Below are positions 39,891-54,325 of a stretch of DNA of 64,000 nt, in pieces. Numbering within the stretch: position 1 is the first letter of the stretch; the number at the start of each line of letters is the position of its first letter. The stretch comes from Camelus dromedarius (lineage: Eukaryota). A program made the translations under genes and the position numbers. The stretch covers positions 10,974,001-11,038,000 of the forward strand of contig NC_087436.1 of assembly GCF_036321535.1 (NCBI RefSeq), in the 5' to 3' direction. The notes below the pieces were generated by a model. It was not told where the DNA came from. It saw nothing but the letters and a program-made list of their open reading frames with translations, and ran no database searches.

Positions 39891-40344
39891 AATATTGTAC
39901 TCACAATTCCCCTAGCTTATTTTGTATATGGAACTCTATGAAGGAACATTCCATAAAATACAGTTTGGATTACAAGCTGTCTGAAATAGTAGTGAATACA
40001 TATTATTAATGGTTTCAGAGTTGTGATAAAACTGATTTCATAATGCTAATGTATAAAATTATTATGGTCAAATCTCGTAAAAATTCTATTGTTTTGTGTT
40101 ACATAATCAGTGCAGTTAGTGGCATAGTGGAGTTACTATTTGCAGAAGAATTGATTGAAAATAAAAGAAAAATTATTTAACATTGCATTTTAAATATTTA
40201 CAAATTAATTTGGTGACAATGGTGAGCTTGATTTTGAATACTGCTGGGTATCCAGGGAGACAAAGGTCAATAAAAGAAGATATGATGTCAAAGTTTGTTA
40301 TTATGTCTGTTGTCATCAACAATAGAACGAAAAAGAGGCATATA

Positions 40345-43300
40345 AGAGATGTGTCCAAGATGGTGGAGTAGGAAGACCCTGAGCTTATCTCTTCACACAG
40401 GCACACCAAAATTACAACTACATGCAGAATGACTATCTATGTAAACAACCTGAAGACTAGCAGAAAAGAGTTTCCACTATTAAAGATATAGAGAAGGAAT
40501 CACAAAAGTGATGGGTATGAGGGGTAAAGACATGGTATATAACAAAATGCTAGGAAAGATGACCCCAAAACAGGAAGATAATCATGATTTCAGAGGCTCT
40601 TTACAAGGAGTGAGAGGCCCAAGCCCCATATCAGAATTCTTGTTGCAGGAAGACAAGCCCCCAGAACACCTGGCTTTGAACACAAGGGAACTTGCATATG
40701 GGGGAGTCAGGCGGCTGTAGGAAAAAGAGGCCCCACTCTTGAAAATGCTGTACAAAATCTCACAATGTCCAAATCCCAGGGCAGAAGCAGTTATTTGAAA
40801 AAAGCCTGGGTCAGACCCACTTGCTAACCTTGGAAACTCATCTGGAGAGGCAAGTGGCAACTGAGACTGCTCCTGGTGATATGAACACTTATGGCATGCA
40901 TTTGGGGAGCTTGTCTATAACAAGGACATCAGTGATATAAAGTGACATGTTAGAGGCCTTCGTCTATCCTATTAGTGCATGGGGTTTACCCACCCACAAC
41001 CATATCAGCACTAGACCTGGGCCCTCCAAGCTCCATAGCCAGCTGCCTGTGGTACTGTCCCTAGGCAACAGTGGGTCAGCACCAGACCCAGTCCATGACC
41101 CTGGACCATGAAGCAGTTGCCCACACCAGCAGGCTGGTTCCAGCCTTGGGATCCCCTGGGCCCTGCAGCCACTTCATGAGGCATGGCCTGCAACCAGCTA
41201 GGCTGAGGACCAGCCACACATACTAGCACACTCACAGTAATTGGCCCCACCACAATAGAAGGGCCTACATAGCCATAGAGAGGGCACCCCCAGAGCATAA
41301 ACCTCTAGCGAACAGAAGGGAGTGAGCTGTTGGGCTCCATACGATGTTTACCTCATAAGACCACTTCTCCAAGATCAGTAAACATAACTAATCTACCTAA
41401 TACATAGAAATAAACACAGATAATTAGGCATAATTAAGAGACAGGAATGTGCTCCAAAAGAAGAAACAAGACAAAATTTTGTAAAAAGGACTAAATGAAG
41501 ATAAGCTATCTGTACAATAAAAAGTCCAAGGTAAGGGTTATTGAGAGATTCAACGAACTTGGGAAAAGAATGGATTAACACAATGAGAACTTTAACAAAG
41601 AGATATAAAATATAAAGAAGTACATTGATTGAAAAAAAGAAAGTATAGAGAGGAACCAAATGGAGCTGAAGAATGCAACAACTAAATTAAAATAAACTAG
41701 AAGAAGTTGATAGTAGATTAAATGATACAAAGGAATGGATCAGCAAATTGGAGAGGAAATCACACAAGCAGAGCAGAGAAAAGAAAAAAAAACTGAAAAA
41801 ATGAGGATAGTTTAAGAGAAATCTAGGACATTAGCATACTAACAGAAAAAGAAGAGATAGGCACAAAGAACTTATATGAACAAATAATATCTGAAAACTT
41901 TCCTAATCTGGAAAAGGAAACAGACATTTAGTCTAGGAATCACAGAGAATCCCAAACAAGAGGAACTAAAAAGAGATTTACATCAAGACATGTGATAATT
42001 AAAATAACACAAGCTAAACATAAAGAGAGAATCTTAAAAGCAGCAAGAGAAAGGCAATTAAATATAAGGGAAAACCCATAACACTGTCAGTAGACTTTCC
42101 AGCAGAACCTTTGCAGTCCACACGGGATTGGAAGGACATATGCAAAGTGATTAAAACAAACAAACAAACAAACAAACAAACAAACAAACAAAAAACTACA
42201 ACCAAAATTACTCTACCTAGTAATGCTTTCATTCAGATTTGATGAAGAGATAAAAAGTTTTAGAGACAAATAAAATCTTAAAGAAGAGTTCAGCACCACT
42301 AAACTGACTTTGCAAGAAATGTTAAAGGGACTTCTCTAAGTGGAAAAGAAAAGAGCACAACTAGAAGTATGAAAATTATGAAAAGAAACACCTCATTGGT
42401 AAAGGCATATATACAGTGAAGGTAATAAATCAACCACATATAAAATTAGCACAAAGGTTAAGAGACAAAAGTAATAAAATCATATGTACCCACAATATGT
42501 AGTTAAAGAATGTAAAAAACAAAAAATGTACAAAATGTGATGTCAAAAAACATTCAATATGGGGAGGGAGTAATAAAGGCAGGGTTGTTAGAATATGAAA
42601 AAACTTAAAAGCTTACCAAGTTAAAATAATCATATATATGTAGTTTTTTATATAAACCTCATGATAATGACAAACAAAAAACATGTAAAATACAAACACA
42701 AAGGAGAAAGGAATCCAAACATAACATTAAAGATAGTCATCAACTCACAAAGGAAGAGAGAAAAAGAGCTACAAAACCAAATAGAAAACAATGAATAAAA
42801 TGGCAGTAGGTACATCAATATGAATAATTACTTTAAATGTAAATGGATTAAATGCTCCAATCAAAAGACACAGAGTGGCTAAATAATTTTTTTTTAAAGA
42901 CCCATATATATGCTGACATGCGCTGCCTACAACAAACTCACTTATCTAAAGATGCAGATTGAAAGTGAGGGAAGAAAAAAAAGATATCTAATGTAAATGG
43001 AAAGAAAAGAAAGCTGCGGTAACAATACTTAGACAGAAAAAAAAAAAGATTTTAAAATGAAGACTGTTACAAGAGACAAAGAAGGGCAATATATAATGAT
43101 CAAGGGATCAAGAAGAAGATAAAACAATTGTAAATGTATATGCAACCAACATAGGAGCACCTAAATACATAATGCAAGTACTAATATACAGAAAGGGAGA
43201 ACTTCACATAACACAATAATTGTTCAAGACTTTAACACCCTACTTACATCAATGGACAAATAATCCAGACAGAAAATCAAAAAGGAAACACTGGCTTTAA

Positions 43301-43522
43301 ATAAATAACACTTTATATCAAATGGATATAGAACATTTCTTCTGAAAGTAGCAGAATACACATTATTTTCAAGTGTACATGGAATATTTTCCAGTGTAGG
43401 TAACATGCTAGGCCACAAAACAAATATCAGGAAACTTAAGATTGAAATTATATCAAGCATCTTTTCTGATCAGAATGGCATGAAATGCAAAACAACTACA
43501 GGGGGAAAAAAAAAACCCCTGC

Positions 43523-43554
<32 letters not shown>

Positions 43555-43997
43555 TATGGAGACTAAACAAATATATTGCAAACAAATAAATAAATCAGAG
43601 AAAAAATTTTAAATACCTTGAAACAAATGAAAATGGAAAGACAATGATTTAAAATTTACAGGATGCAGAAAAAGCAGTTCTAAGAGGGAAATTTATAGCA
43701 ACAAAGCCTACCTCAGAAAGTAATAAAGATCTTAAATAAACAATCTAAAGCTAAAAGAAATAAGGGGGAAAAAGCAAACCCCCAAATTAGTAAGGCAAAT
43801 AAATAAGAATTACAGAAGAAATAAATGAAATGGAAATAAAAATGACAGAAAAGATCAATAAAACTAAGAGGTCATTTTTAAAAAAGATAAACAAATTGAT
43901 GAACCTTTGGTCAGACTCATCAAGAAAAAAAGAGATGTCCCAAATAAACAAAATCAGAAATGAAAGAGAAGTTACAACTGACACCACAGAAATACAG
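40345..43997 (+). mobile_element. LINE-1 with 5'UTR, degenerate ORF1 and 5' part of ORF2 (endonuclease region); 3'-truncated
   Basis: 5'UTR as at 4630; ORF1 motifs 'gaaaactttcctaatctgg', 'gagaatcttaaaagcagcaagagaaa'; ORF2 start 'ataattactttaaatgtaaatggattaaatgctccaatcaaaagacacagagtggct'; ends at peptide [16 protein letters not shown]. Confidence 0.93.
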
Positions 43998-44254
43998 TTG
44001 CATCACAATGAAAGGTGCAATCATTTTGAAAATAGTTCAGTAACAAAACATAACACAACTTCATCTTCTTCTGAGCCTCCTTTCTTATTAGATTCCACAA
44101 AGGACTTGGGTATGCTTTCCAAGAAAATAATGTCATTGTGATTATAACTGTAATGATGAATATTTGCTTAATTAATATCAAAAGTAGGTCTCACTATTCT
44201 GTTTCTTTTTTTCCATAGCTTTTTAAAAATACCAAATCATAAGTTAATACATCT

Positions 44255-44465
44255 TAGACATCTAAGATCACAAACACAAAATGTGCAGTGTCAGCAAAGT
44301 GTATAACCCTAGTGCAGGCAGGACAGTGTTCATAGCTCTGACTAAGTTCATGTACACAAAGATAATGACAGCCACTCTCTGGTTCCTGGCTGACAGCAGC
44401 TACCAGACTATGGATTGTAAAATGCATCCCAATTTCAGAGATATTGAAGTGTGAAAAAGTACTAA
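44255..44465 (-). mobile_element. Tc2-type DNA transposon fragment (MER104/Kanga-like)
   Basis: 'gattgtaaaatgcatcccaatttcagagatattgaagtgtgaaaaa' resembles the recalled MER104/Kanga terminus. Confidence 0.5.
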
Positions 44466-44681
44466 AATAAACAAATAAAGCCATAGAGAAACTAATGTGA
44501 TAGCTACTATTGTCCTACTCAGCATGGGGGAAAAGAGTTCTATATGGAAGACAGAGAATAAACTAAGTCTTCATTTAAACATCATCTAGGCATGACTTTA
44601 ATTTTTTACCTGCTTATTTAAATTTACATATCTTCTTTCTGATGGCTATAAATTCTCATTTTGTAGTTCCTAATAAAACAT

Positions 44682-45213
44682 TGTGGAGAAGGAAAAATAA
44701 TTTTCTGTCTACCCTTCTAAGTTCTTGGCTGAGATTACTCTGTAATAAAAAGACAGATTAACAAGAGAAAAAAATGAAATTTAAAAACATGTATACCTCT
44801 TTATAAATGGGGGAGACCCAGGAAAATTAATAGCTCCCTGAAATGGTCCAAGTCACCACCTTAAATACCATCTGTAACTAAAAACAATAAAGGATATTGC
44901 ATGGGAGGAAACCAGTTATGGGATGTGACCAGGAGAAACACCGTAATCAAACATAAGGTCTTTATGTAGATTTAAGTCCTTGTCTTCTCCATCGATAAGT
45001 TTCTAGAAATTTGAAGTCATCCTCCTCTTCTTTATACAGAGGCACCCTACAAATGAAGTTGCCCTTATGATTGTAAATATCCCTACACAAAGGAACTTCT
45101 ACTCAATTTTAAAAGCTTCTCCTTTATCTGCTGTTTCTTAAAAATAATCAGCCAAAAATAATCCTTTTGCCTGAGAGGCATATTTTGGGGCGGGATTTTT
45201 CTGCTTCTTTTCA
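44682..45213 (-). mobile_element. MER34-like ERV1 solo LTR
   Basis: TG...CA termini, full length, TSD acat/actt. Confidence 0.88.
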
Positions 45214-45369
45214 ACTTTGAAGACACTTCATAGGCTATGCTTCAACTTAATACAAAGTAGATTAAAAAATTATTATAGAAAAAAATAGTTAAGGGAATAT
45301 CACTGAGAAAGTAAAAGAAAGGAAGGAAAGAAGAGAAAAGGGGGTTGAAGAGGGGGGAGAAGAAAGAGC

Positions 45370-45565
45370 ACTGTTCAAGAGCTCTAAAATAGTAAACAAC
45401 ACTGGGAGAAGGTACATTATCATCTCTATTTTCTAAGTGAGAAACTGAGATCATCAGATTTGTGCAGCCTTCCCAGAAAGTAATGACTAGGGTGGTACAG
45501 AGCTGCATTTTGGGTCCAGACAGCCTGGCCCCAGAGTTCACTCTCTTGGACCTCTATGTTAAACT
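45370..45565 (-). mobile_element. MIR SINE
   Basis: 'attatcatctctattttctaagtgagaaactgaga...cagcctggccccagagttc'. Confidence 0.7.
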
Positions 45566-45647
45566 GCCTTTTACTGGGGGAGGGATGGAGAGGAGGGAGA
45601 CGGCTGTGCTTTGATTTTTAACAAAAGGGTCTTGTGAAAATTCTGTC

Positions 45648-46198
45648 TGTTAGATAGTTAGATAAGTGAGGGCACCAGGCAAACAGGTGGAGGAGAGGGA
45701 GATGGTCCAGAAGATGGCATTATGCCTGCCTGCATTTTAAAGGGGCTTTACTTCCTCTAAACTAGTGCCAGCAAGAATCCAGTTAGACCTTGATAGCCAT
45801 ACCTACACCATAGCAACAGGGACCTAACCAGACATGACCCAATGCTCATTGTAATAAAATTAACATTACAGTTTAAACAACCCATGGGTTTTTCTGTGTG
45901 CATCATGGGTAAGGACATGTTCAAAAGGGGACAAGCATGACTAAGCACTCCAGGGGCAAGAGCCATCAATCAATCAAGAGACTACTTCTAAGTGAGCATG
46001 CAAGAGAAAGGGGCAAACAAAGACCATTGCTATCCGCCCTTGGATCAGCCCACCTCCCATTCTTGGAGGTGTACCTTCCCTTTGCTAATAAATCCTTTAA
46101 AATCACTACACTACACAATGTTTCTGTTTCCTGTCTGAATTCTTATCTTTTGGGTAAGAAAAGGACTGCGGTCTTTTCCTGCCCTTTTTGGGGTAACA
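45648..46198 (+). mobile_element. ERV1-type solo LTR
   Basis: tgtta...taaca inverted termini, AATAAA near 46087, TSD tgtc/tatc. Confidence 0.8.
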
Positions 46199-46644
46199 TA
46201 TCTATATTTATCCAAACAATAACAGGTACTCCTATACCATTCTTCACCAATAATTATTATTCTAATGTGAGCAGTAAAAAGAAATCTCAGTCATTACTAA
46301 AATAATTCAAATTAGGCCTTCCTGCTCTGTTTCTTTGCTTTTCTCCATAACTTTTTATTTTAATGCCAAATCATAATTAGGCATTATGATTATAATGATT
46401 ATTATTCCTTGACTATGATTAGTCAAGATTATGATTAATGTTAAATCACAATCACAATGCTTATAATTATTAAAATGGTCATTTTAATTTTTGAAAGACT
46501 GGACAACTAGACAGATATTAAAGGCCTTGATTTCCTTCATCTAAAAATGAATTAATGGTACTTTTTGCCATTTTTATTATGTAACAAACCTTTTTCATTT
46601 TGCTTATTTATTCATTTATTCATTCAACCAATGTATATGGAAAC

Positions 46645-47143
46645 TGTTAGGTTCAGGGCAGATTGCCCCCCAAAATGACATGTTGGCATATTGATTCTTT
46701 TGAGTTAAAATTACTTGAGAAGCAGTCGATGTGAGAAAGACACTCTGACTCTCCTTTCTGTCCCCCTCAAATCTCTACATAAATCTCCCATGTGAAAGGA
46801 ACCTTCCCTGCATCAGGAAGTAGAGAGACATCCTTATTGCCAGAAACAGGGAATTCAGGGCCCAGAGGCTATTTAACCAAACTCTGTGTGATTCCTTCAC
46901 TAATCAGTACCCAAGTCTAAGTCTCCTTGTCTTGTCAATGCTTCATAAATGTATTGTTCCTTTGTCTAAAAAGTAGAAAAGCTACCTGCTTTAATCAATT
47001 CTTTGACTCTGATATTTCTATAAACTCCCCTATGTATGAAATTAAAATTTGATTTTCTCCTGTTAAATTGTCTCATGTCGATTTAATTCTTAGACCAGCT
47101 GGACGAACTTAGAAGGGCAGAGGAAAGTTTTTCCTCCACAACA
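46645..47143 (+). mobile_element. MER34-like ERV1 solo LTR inserted in an L2 3' end
   Basis: TG...CA, perfect 4-bp TSD aaac (46641-46644, 47144-47147), 'ttttctcctgttaa...agaagggcagaggaaagtttttcctcc'. Confidence 0.9.
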
Positions 47144-47833
47144 AAACTCTACTATATGCCAAGACATTGTGCCAAGGGATGAACAAAAATGGGGGGAAAA
47201 ATCTCATAATTCTTGCCCTTCAAGAATTTACAACATTATGTAGGACTGAAGCCAGATTTACATTCTACAGGTACTTAGGTACTTGCAGAGGAAATGATTT
47301 TAAACATTGACCTTAGCTGAGAATTGGACTCACAAAAATAATCCTAAAAACACTAGAAGAATGAGATTTCTCAACAAAACATTAAACAGATGGCTGTAAC
47401 AAGTGCCGTCTTAGTTTTGATCTAGTGGCGATTGCAAAGATACTCAGTAACATCTGCAAGTGATTTCAAAGTAATAAAAACTGTTCTTGTTTAAAGATCT
47501 TCCATAAATAGCCACCCTGCCTCCTTAAATTGGCAGTGCAAAAAGCTCTCTGTAGGATTACAGTCTTTGGTTACTGAATTTTGTAAAGCAATAAGATCTC
47601 CAAAAAAGGGAGTTTATTCATTAGAGCCAAATCACTTGTGTAATGCCTGTCACCAGGACCCTCAGACTCTAACCAATCAAATATTAAGAATCTGAATATT
47701 TTAAGGAAGGAAGCACTCCTCATTCTTCAGAGGAATTTTGGTGGATTGCCCGTGGACGAGAGGAAGTAGACCAGAAAAGGTGCCAAAGACAGAGCTGAAT
47801 AGATAGGAAACATCTTAGAATGAAGATTTCAAC

Positions 47834-48287
47834 TTGAGGGAAAGAAAAAAAAATGACAAGAACTGTGAGTTTCAGTTTTATTGAGGGACTTACTGAGGAC
47901 AGTAGCCCTGACACAGACTTTCAGATAGTGCTGAAAAACTGCTCCAAAGAGGTAAGGGGAGCTATATGTGACTTTGGGGAGGATTACCCACAGTCAAGCA
48001 TATATCTCGGTAGAAGGTTACTGTTAGTCAAGAGGAACAGATAATCTCAATTAATGATGCTAGTGCTTTTCTCAGTGTGAGAAGATGCAAAAATTTGGGT
48101 TCATAAAATTTTCTCCTAAAAATATCTATCTGAGGGTCTGTTCTGTCAGTTTTCCCAGAGGATAAAGTGCCTCATTCCTGATTTCCACCCTGAATTCTTT
48201 CCACGATGCACTGTTGGTCAGCAACTGCAGTGACTAATGACTGAATCCTTGTAGAATCAGGTGGCAAGTGACATTCTTTAACTGGCA
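47834..48287 (-). mobile_element. MER41-like ERV1 LTR
   Basis: 'gttttattgagggacttactgaggac...tcagatag...actgctccaaagaggtaaggg', 'agaagatgcaa'; ends 'actggca'. Confidence 0.75.
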
Positions 48288-48791
48288 AAGAAGAGCAGAA
48301 TCTGCCACCCCCAAGTAAGTTGATTTTTTTTAAGAAGTAGACATATGAAAATTGAGTAGAAGTTACCCTTTTGTAGGAGACATTTATATACATAAGGCAA
48401 ATCTCCACTTGTCTCCCTCTCTGTGCCAGGACCAGGGAGTTGATTCTAAATCTCTAGATATTCTTATCAATGGGGAAGGCAGCTATTTAAAATTTCATAA
48501 CAATGTTATCCTTTTTTTTACTGTACTTTTCCTGGTAACTCCCATAACTAATTCTCCCCTTACTCCTCAATTTTTTCTTTTGTCTTTAGTTAGAGATAAT
48601 ATTTAAGGTGATGGCTTGGGTCATTTAGGGGCATTCCACAGGTTTCCTGGGTCTCTCTCATGTATGCTGGAGGTATATATGTTATTAAACTTCTGGATTT
48701 TTTCCCCTATTAATCTGTCCTTATATTAAAGAGGAGTCTCAGACAAGAACATAGAAGACTATAAAGGGAAAATTATTTTTCCTCTCCCACA
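48288..48791 (+). mobile_element. MER34-like ERV1 LTR
   Basis: Reverse complement of the 8539/20516/44682 family: 'gagcagaatctgccacccc' through 'aaaattatttttcctctcccaca'. Confidence 0.88.
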
Positions 48792-49572
48792 AGAGCAAAC
48801 ATGTCAGATATTCAGTTCATGTTTTCATATGTGGGAAAGTAAAGCACTTTTAGCTTCTCAAACTTTTATTGATGTTGCTACCTATTCAGAGGCTTGGTGT
48901 GTGTGTATGTATGTAATCAGAAAGGGGCTGAATTTCATGATTAACTGACTCCAGGAGAAATAAAGAAAATTTTCATAGCCCACACAGTGGAAAGCAAGAC
49001 TACAGAGGAGATAAGATACCAGAGTTTGAGATGCCAGAGAAATACAACCACATCACACACCCCTCTCTCACTCTCTCTCCCTCTGTCACTCCACTCCCCA
49101 AAATATACAGAAATTAAATACTGAGTTTTTCAAAGAAATGGATTCAAATCCAACTTATCTGGATCTATCTTAGCTCTTAAGGATTTAAGTCACACTAGGA
49201 ATGGGTGAAGAGAATAAAAATAGTAGCTAACATCTGTTGAGAGCCTGCATTGTGAGTTAATCCTCAGAGAAGATGTATACAGTGAGTTGCTTTGTAGCTA
49301 TTTTACAGACAAGAACACTAAGAGATAAGGAGCGAATTTTCTCTCAACTGGGCTCCCAAACATGTGCATGTCATTTTGCTTAGTCTGAGTGAGTAAAGAT
49401 TGGGGAAAAAAATGGTAGCTTTCCTAAAGCTATTTTAATTTAACAAAAGGAACAAATCTTCTCTCTCATTCAGAAGCAGAACCAGGAAAAAATAGTGGGC
49501 ATTCTGGCCCATTCTTTTCATCTCCCTGTAAGTGATTCCAGCAACTAGATGTGTCCAAGAGTGGAGCTGCTG

Positions 49573-50096
49573 CGTTGAGAATGAAATATTCCTCCACCTT
49601 GCTAAGGTCTTTTGGCTGGTCTAAGATTTAAATTGACATGAGCCAGATTAACAGGAGAAAATCAAACAAAAGTTTAATAACACATATACATGGGAGAGGC
49701 CCATGAAAACTTGCTTCACTTACCAAAATTACTGAAGCCCTCACCTTAAACACTATCTCCAGCTAAAGAAAAAAAGAGGACATTGGGATAGTGGTTTGGG
49801 ACCTCAAAGAAGAGAAAGGCAATTCACATGGATATGGAAAAACAAATGTTTGATAAATAGATGTTTGCTGGGCCAGGCAGGGGCAATGGAACACAGAGTA
49901 GACTCTAATCTCTAGGCTCTGTTCATCCGCCACACCTAGCTCACGTTCACTGCAATATCTCTGGTGCAGATAACTCTCTTCTGAGAACAGACTCTATCTA
50001 AGTCTAAGAGACTTCTGTTTCTTAAAAGTAATTAGCCTAAATTAATCCTTATGCCAAAGAGACACATTTGGGGGAGGTGAGCTGTGCTCCCCTACA
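49573..50096 (-). mobile_element. MER34-like ERV1 solo LTR
   Basis: 'ggctggtctaag...agattaacaggagaaaatcaaac', ends 'tgtgctcccctaca'; close to the 54881 copy. Confidence 0.85.
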
Positions 50097-52319
50097 TTGG
50101 GATATTAAGGCAGACATTTGAATGACCACGTGATAAAAGCACCATGACAAATATAGGAAATTGCGTTTTAATGTGACAGGGTAGGAGGTTGGTGTCCAGG
50201 CTCCATTAAAGCCTAAAATTCTATCAACTGAAAAATCTCCATGCAAAGTAAATTTTTTCTTATCTTTTTATCCCAAGTTCTGTTGATACAAGACTAGAGT
50301 TCTTAGACTATTAAACATTAGGTGGTAACTCAAATTTTGACTTCTGATTTTTCTTTAATTTGCAAGTGGTGCTATCAAAATCCAATCTGATTCTTTTAAC
50401 TCCAGCAGGAAACAATTTCTAATGAATAGTATACTCAAATATTTTTTACATAAACTATGGCTAAGCAAGATCATCCCAATTGTGTATGTGTTCAGTTTTG
50501 TATCTGTTCCCAGAATTTCAGCAAGCATTCCCTATGATTTTTGGGAAAGAATCAAATGCCTAAATATCCAAAAGAAATTTGATCTGTCCTTATGATAAAA
50601 GAATTATTCTTAAGTAACTATGATCTGTGCAGTTGAAGGTGGCCTTAAAATCAATGAAGCATGGGACAGCTCCTGGAAGAAATCCTAGTCTCTCTTGGAT
50701 TATTGTAGTGAAACATAAAATTTTACTCAACCATAAAATAATTATGCAGAGATCCAACCAACTCAAACTTTCTTCTTAACCAGAAAATATTAAAGGACAT
50801 TTTCAGGATCATTAGAAGTATCAAGAAAGGGTATAAGGCCACACTTTACTTTAAAGTATATTTTTTCATCATTTCTGGATCAAGAAAAGTCATACACTGA
50901 AAGCTTTTCTGTACCTCTTTCTGGCAAAACAGCAGCCAAATTTCATCCATGTATGTGCCTATGTGCGTGTGTGCATGCATAAGCATATTCCTTGTAAGGT
51001 TTTTTATTGTGAATTTTATTAGCATTTAATGCCCTTTTTTGCATTTTGCCTTTTATAGTCAGATTACAAATCTCATTGACAGATACGGAATTGAGGTTGC
51101 TCTCGCTGCCCTTTATAGCAAAGTCAGCCATACCCCAAGGGTCAGCTAATGCTCTTCTTCATGGCTTGGTCAGGAGAACCTTGAAATAAGACATCCGTCT
51201 CTCTGGAATATGAGCATTTTAGGCATAAAGACTTACTATTTCATTCCCAGCAAGGATACAGTACGAGGAGTGTTGTGTTTTGTTTTGTTTTGTTTTGTTT
51301 TTGCCAAATACAGTAAAATCTTAATTGTCTACTGCATTTTTATGTGGAATCTTATCATAGTGATATTTTCTATAGGTTACCAATTCACTGACTTCTGTAA
51401 ATATTCAGAAAATAATTGTCAGTAATCAGGTGAGTCAATGTAAGTTTCTAATTAATGGAGAAAGTTGAGTCATCCATGACTGGTCTATTCATTATAGTGC
51501 TAAGAGAAGAAAAAAAAGCTTCATTATTATTGGATTTCTTTTGCTAGAATTATTGCAGTGTCTTTTGGTTGATATTTTAGTTTGTGGACCTCAAATCTTC
51601 TGATGTTGATTTAACCATATATCTAACATGTAAAATATGTTAAACTATTCAAATAAGCATTTGTTAATAATATCCTTAATTAATAAATAGATACATATGT
51701 CATTTATTTAGCCCATACCTTGGGAATAGTTTAAGGGATTACAATGATTTATGAGGTCACCCCTCAATACACTCAAGGAAAAAGGTAAATGTATTATTTG
51801 GACCCACTTTATAATTAAGAAAAATAAGATATAGTTAAGCTTTGAACTTACTTAGAGTCAGACAGCTAGAAAGTAAAAGAACACTTGTAGCCAAATATGA
51901 ATATTTTCATACTACTTTTCCAGTGATTTTTGAATTTTAAAACAACTTTTCAGTCATAAATAAGGAAAGAACATCAGCTATCAGTAGGAATAAATAATGA
52001 TATACACACTTGCAATTTTGACAAGTCTGATTATTAAGACTGAATAGTCACAAGGAAAATATTCACATCAATGTCAATTTTGAAGCATGGGATTCAAAAG
52101 TGTGTGTGTAATACAATTATACCTACACAAGGTGGATACTTATATGGAAACAAACTGGAAGAGAATATTAATAAGCAAAACTATATGGGTAACATTATTT
52201 TGGTGATTTTAGCTTTTTGAATTTCTCTTAATGTTGTTATTGCATTACTTATATGATAAAAATTACCCAAGTTAAAATTAATCAAATGACCCCTCAAGAC
52301 AAAATGTTGGGTATGAAGA

Positions 52320-54212
52320 TAACAAAATATGTATAAGATCTATACAAATAAAATTACAAAACTGTGATGAAAAAAAATTTTTTTAAAACTAAATAAATGG
52401 AAAGATATTCTATGTTCATTCATAGGAAAACTGAATATTGTCAAGGTGTCAGTTCTTCCAAACTATTGATTTATAGATTTAATGCAATCTTAATCAAATC
52501 CCAGCATGTTATTTTGTGGATATCAACAAACTGACTCTAAAGTTTATAAACTTTGGAGAGGTAAAAGACTCAGAACAGCCAGCTCAATACTGAAAGACAA
52601 GAACAAAGTTGGAGGACTGACAATACGTAACTTCAAGACTTACTGTAAAACTGCAGTAATCCACAGAGTGTGGTATTGGTGAAACAATACAACAGAACAG
52701 AATGGAATGCAAAGAAACAGACCTACATAAAGATAGCAAACTGATCTTTGACAAAAACAAAAGCAATGCAATGGTTAAAACATAGTCTCTTCAACAAATA
52801 GGGCAGGAACTGGACATGCACACACAGGAAAAAAAAAAGGAATGCAGATACAAACCTTATATGCTTCACAAAAGTTAATTTACAATGGATTATAGACCAA
52901 AATGCAAAGTACAAAGCTATAAAATTCCTAAAAGATAATAGGAGAGAAAAACTGAAATAACCTTGGGTATGGCAATGACTTTTTAGTTACAACACCAAAG
53001 ACATGATTCATAGAAAAAGAATTGATAAACTGGACTTTATTCAAATTAAAAGTTTATGTTCTGTGAGAGACATTATCAAGAGAATAACAAGACATACAAC
53101 ATGCTGGTAGAAAATATTTGCAAAAAATCTTATCTGGTAAAGAGCTGCTATCCAAAATATAAAAAGAACACTTAAAACTCAACAGTAGGAATGCAAGCAA
53201 CCCAATTAAAAAAATGGGCAAAATATCCAAAAAGACACTGCAACAAAGAAGATATACAGGTGGCAAATAAGCACATGAAAAGAAGCTCCATGTCAAATGT
53301 CATTAGGGAAATTCAAACTGAACCAATGAGTTACCTCTACACACTTATTAGAATGTCCAAAATCAAGAACACTGACAATATCAAATGCTGGTGAGGAGGT
53401 GGAGCAACAGCAACTGCCGTTCATTTTTGGTGGAGATGTAAAAGGCACCAGTCACTCTGGAAGACAATTTGGTGGTTTCTTACAAAACTAAACCCACTAC
53501 TACCATATAATCCAGACATTTTACTCTTTTGTACTTACCTAAAGGAACTGAAAACATATGTTGACACAAAATCCTGCACATGAATGTTTATAGTAGATTT
53601 ATTTACAATTGCCATAACTTGGAACCTACGAAGATTTCTTCCGTAGGTGAATGGATTAATTGCAGCGCATCTAGACAATGGAGTATTATTCAGTGCTAAA
53701 AAGAAATGAGATATCAAGACATGAAAAGACATGAAGAAACCTCAAACGCAGATTACTAAGTGAAAGAAGCCAATCTGAGAAGGCGACATAGTGTCTGATT
53801 CCAACTATACGAAATTTTGGAAAAGCAAAAGTATGGAGACAGTTAAAAGATTAGTGGATGTCAGGTGTTAGGGAAGAGGGAGGAAAGAACAAACAAAGCA
53901 CAGAGGGTTTTCAGAGCATCTGAACTACTATTTATGATACTATAATGATGAATGCAAGTGATTATACATTTTTCCAAACCCATAGAATGTACAAGACCAA
54001 TAGTGAACCCCATTTAAACTATAGACTCTGGGTGATAGTGATGTGTCAATGTAAGCTTATCAACTGTAATAAATGTACCACTCTAGTAGGGGATGTTGAT
54101 AATGGAGGAGGCTATGTATGGTGGGGGGCAGGGGATGTATGGGAAATCTCTTTACCTCCCACTCACTTTTGCTGTGAACCTAAAACTGCTCTGAAAATAA
54201 AATCTATTTAAG
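52320..54212 (+). mobile_element. L1MC1-like ORF2 3' part and 3'UTR
   Basis: ORF2 remnants (KKWAK...EDIQVANKHMKR); 3'UTR 'ccaaacccatagaatgtaca...ttttgctgtgaacctaaaactgctct'. Confidence 0.92.
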
Positions 54213-54325
54213 AAATTACTCCAGTGGAAAACTTTATAATTGTTATATGATTCAAATTGTTTTATAAACATGCACAAATATATCTACATATATACACGTG
54301 TGTGTGTGTGTATACAGATACATAC

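Noticed and set aside
40345..43997. Active full-length L1
   Set aside because: ORF1 and ORF2 are broken by many stops and frameshifts, and the RT domain and 3' end are missing
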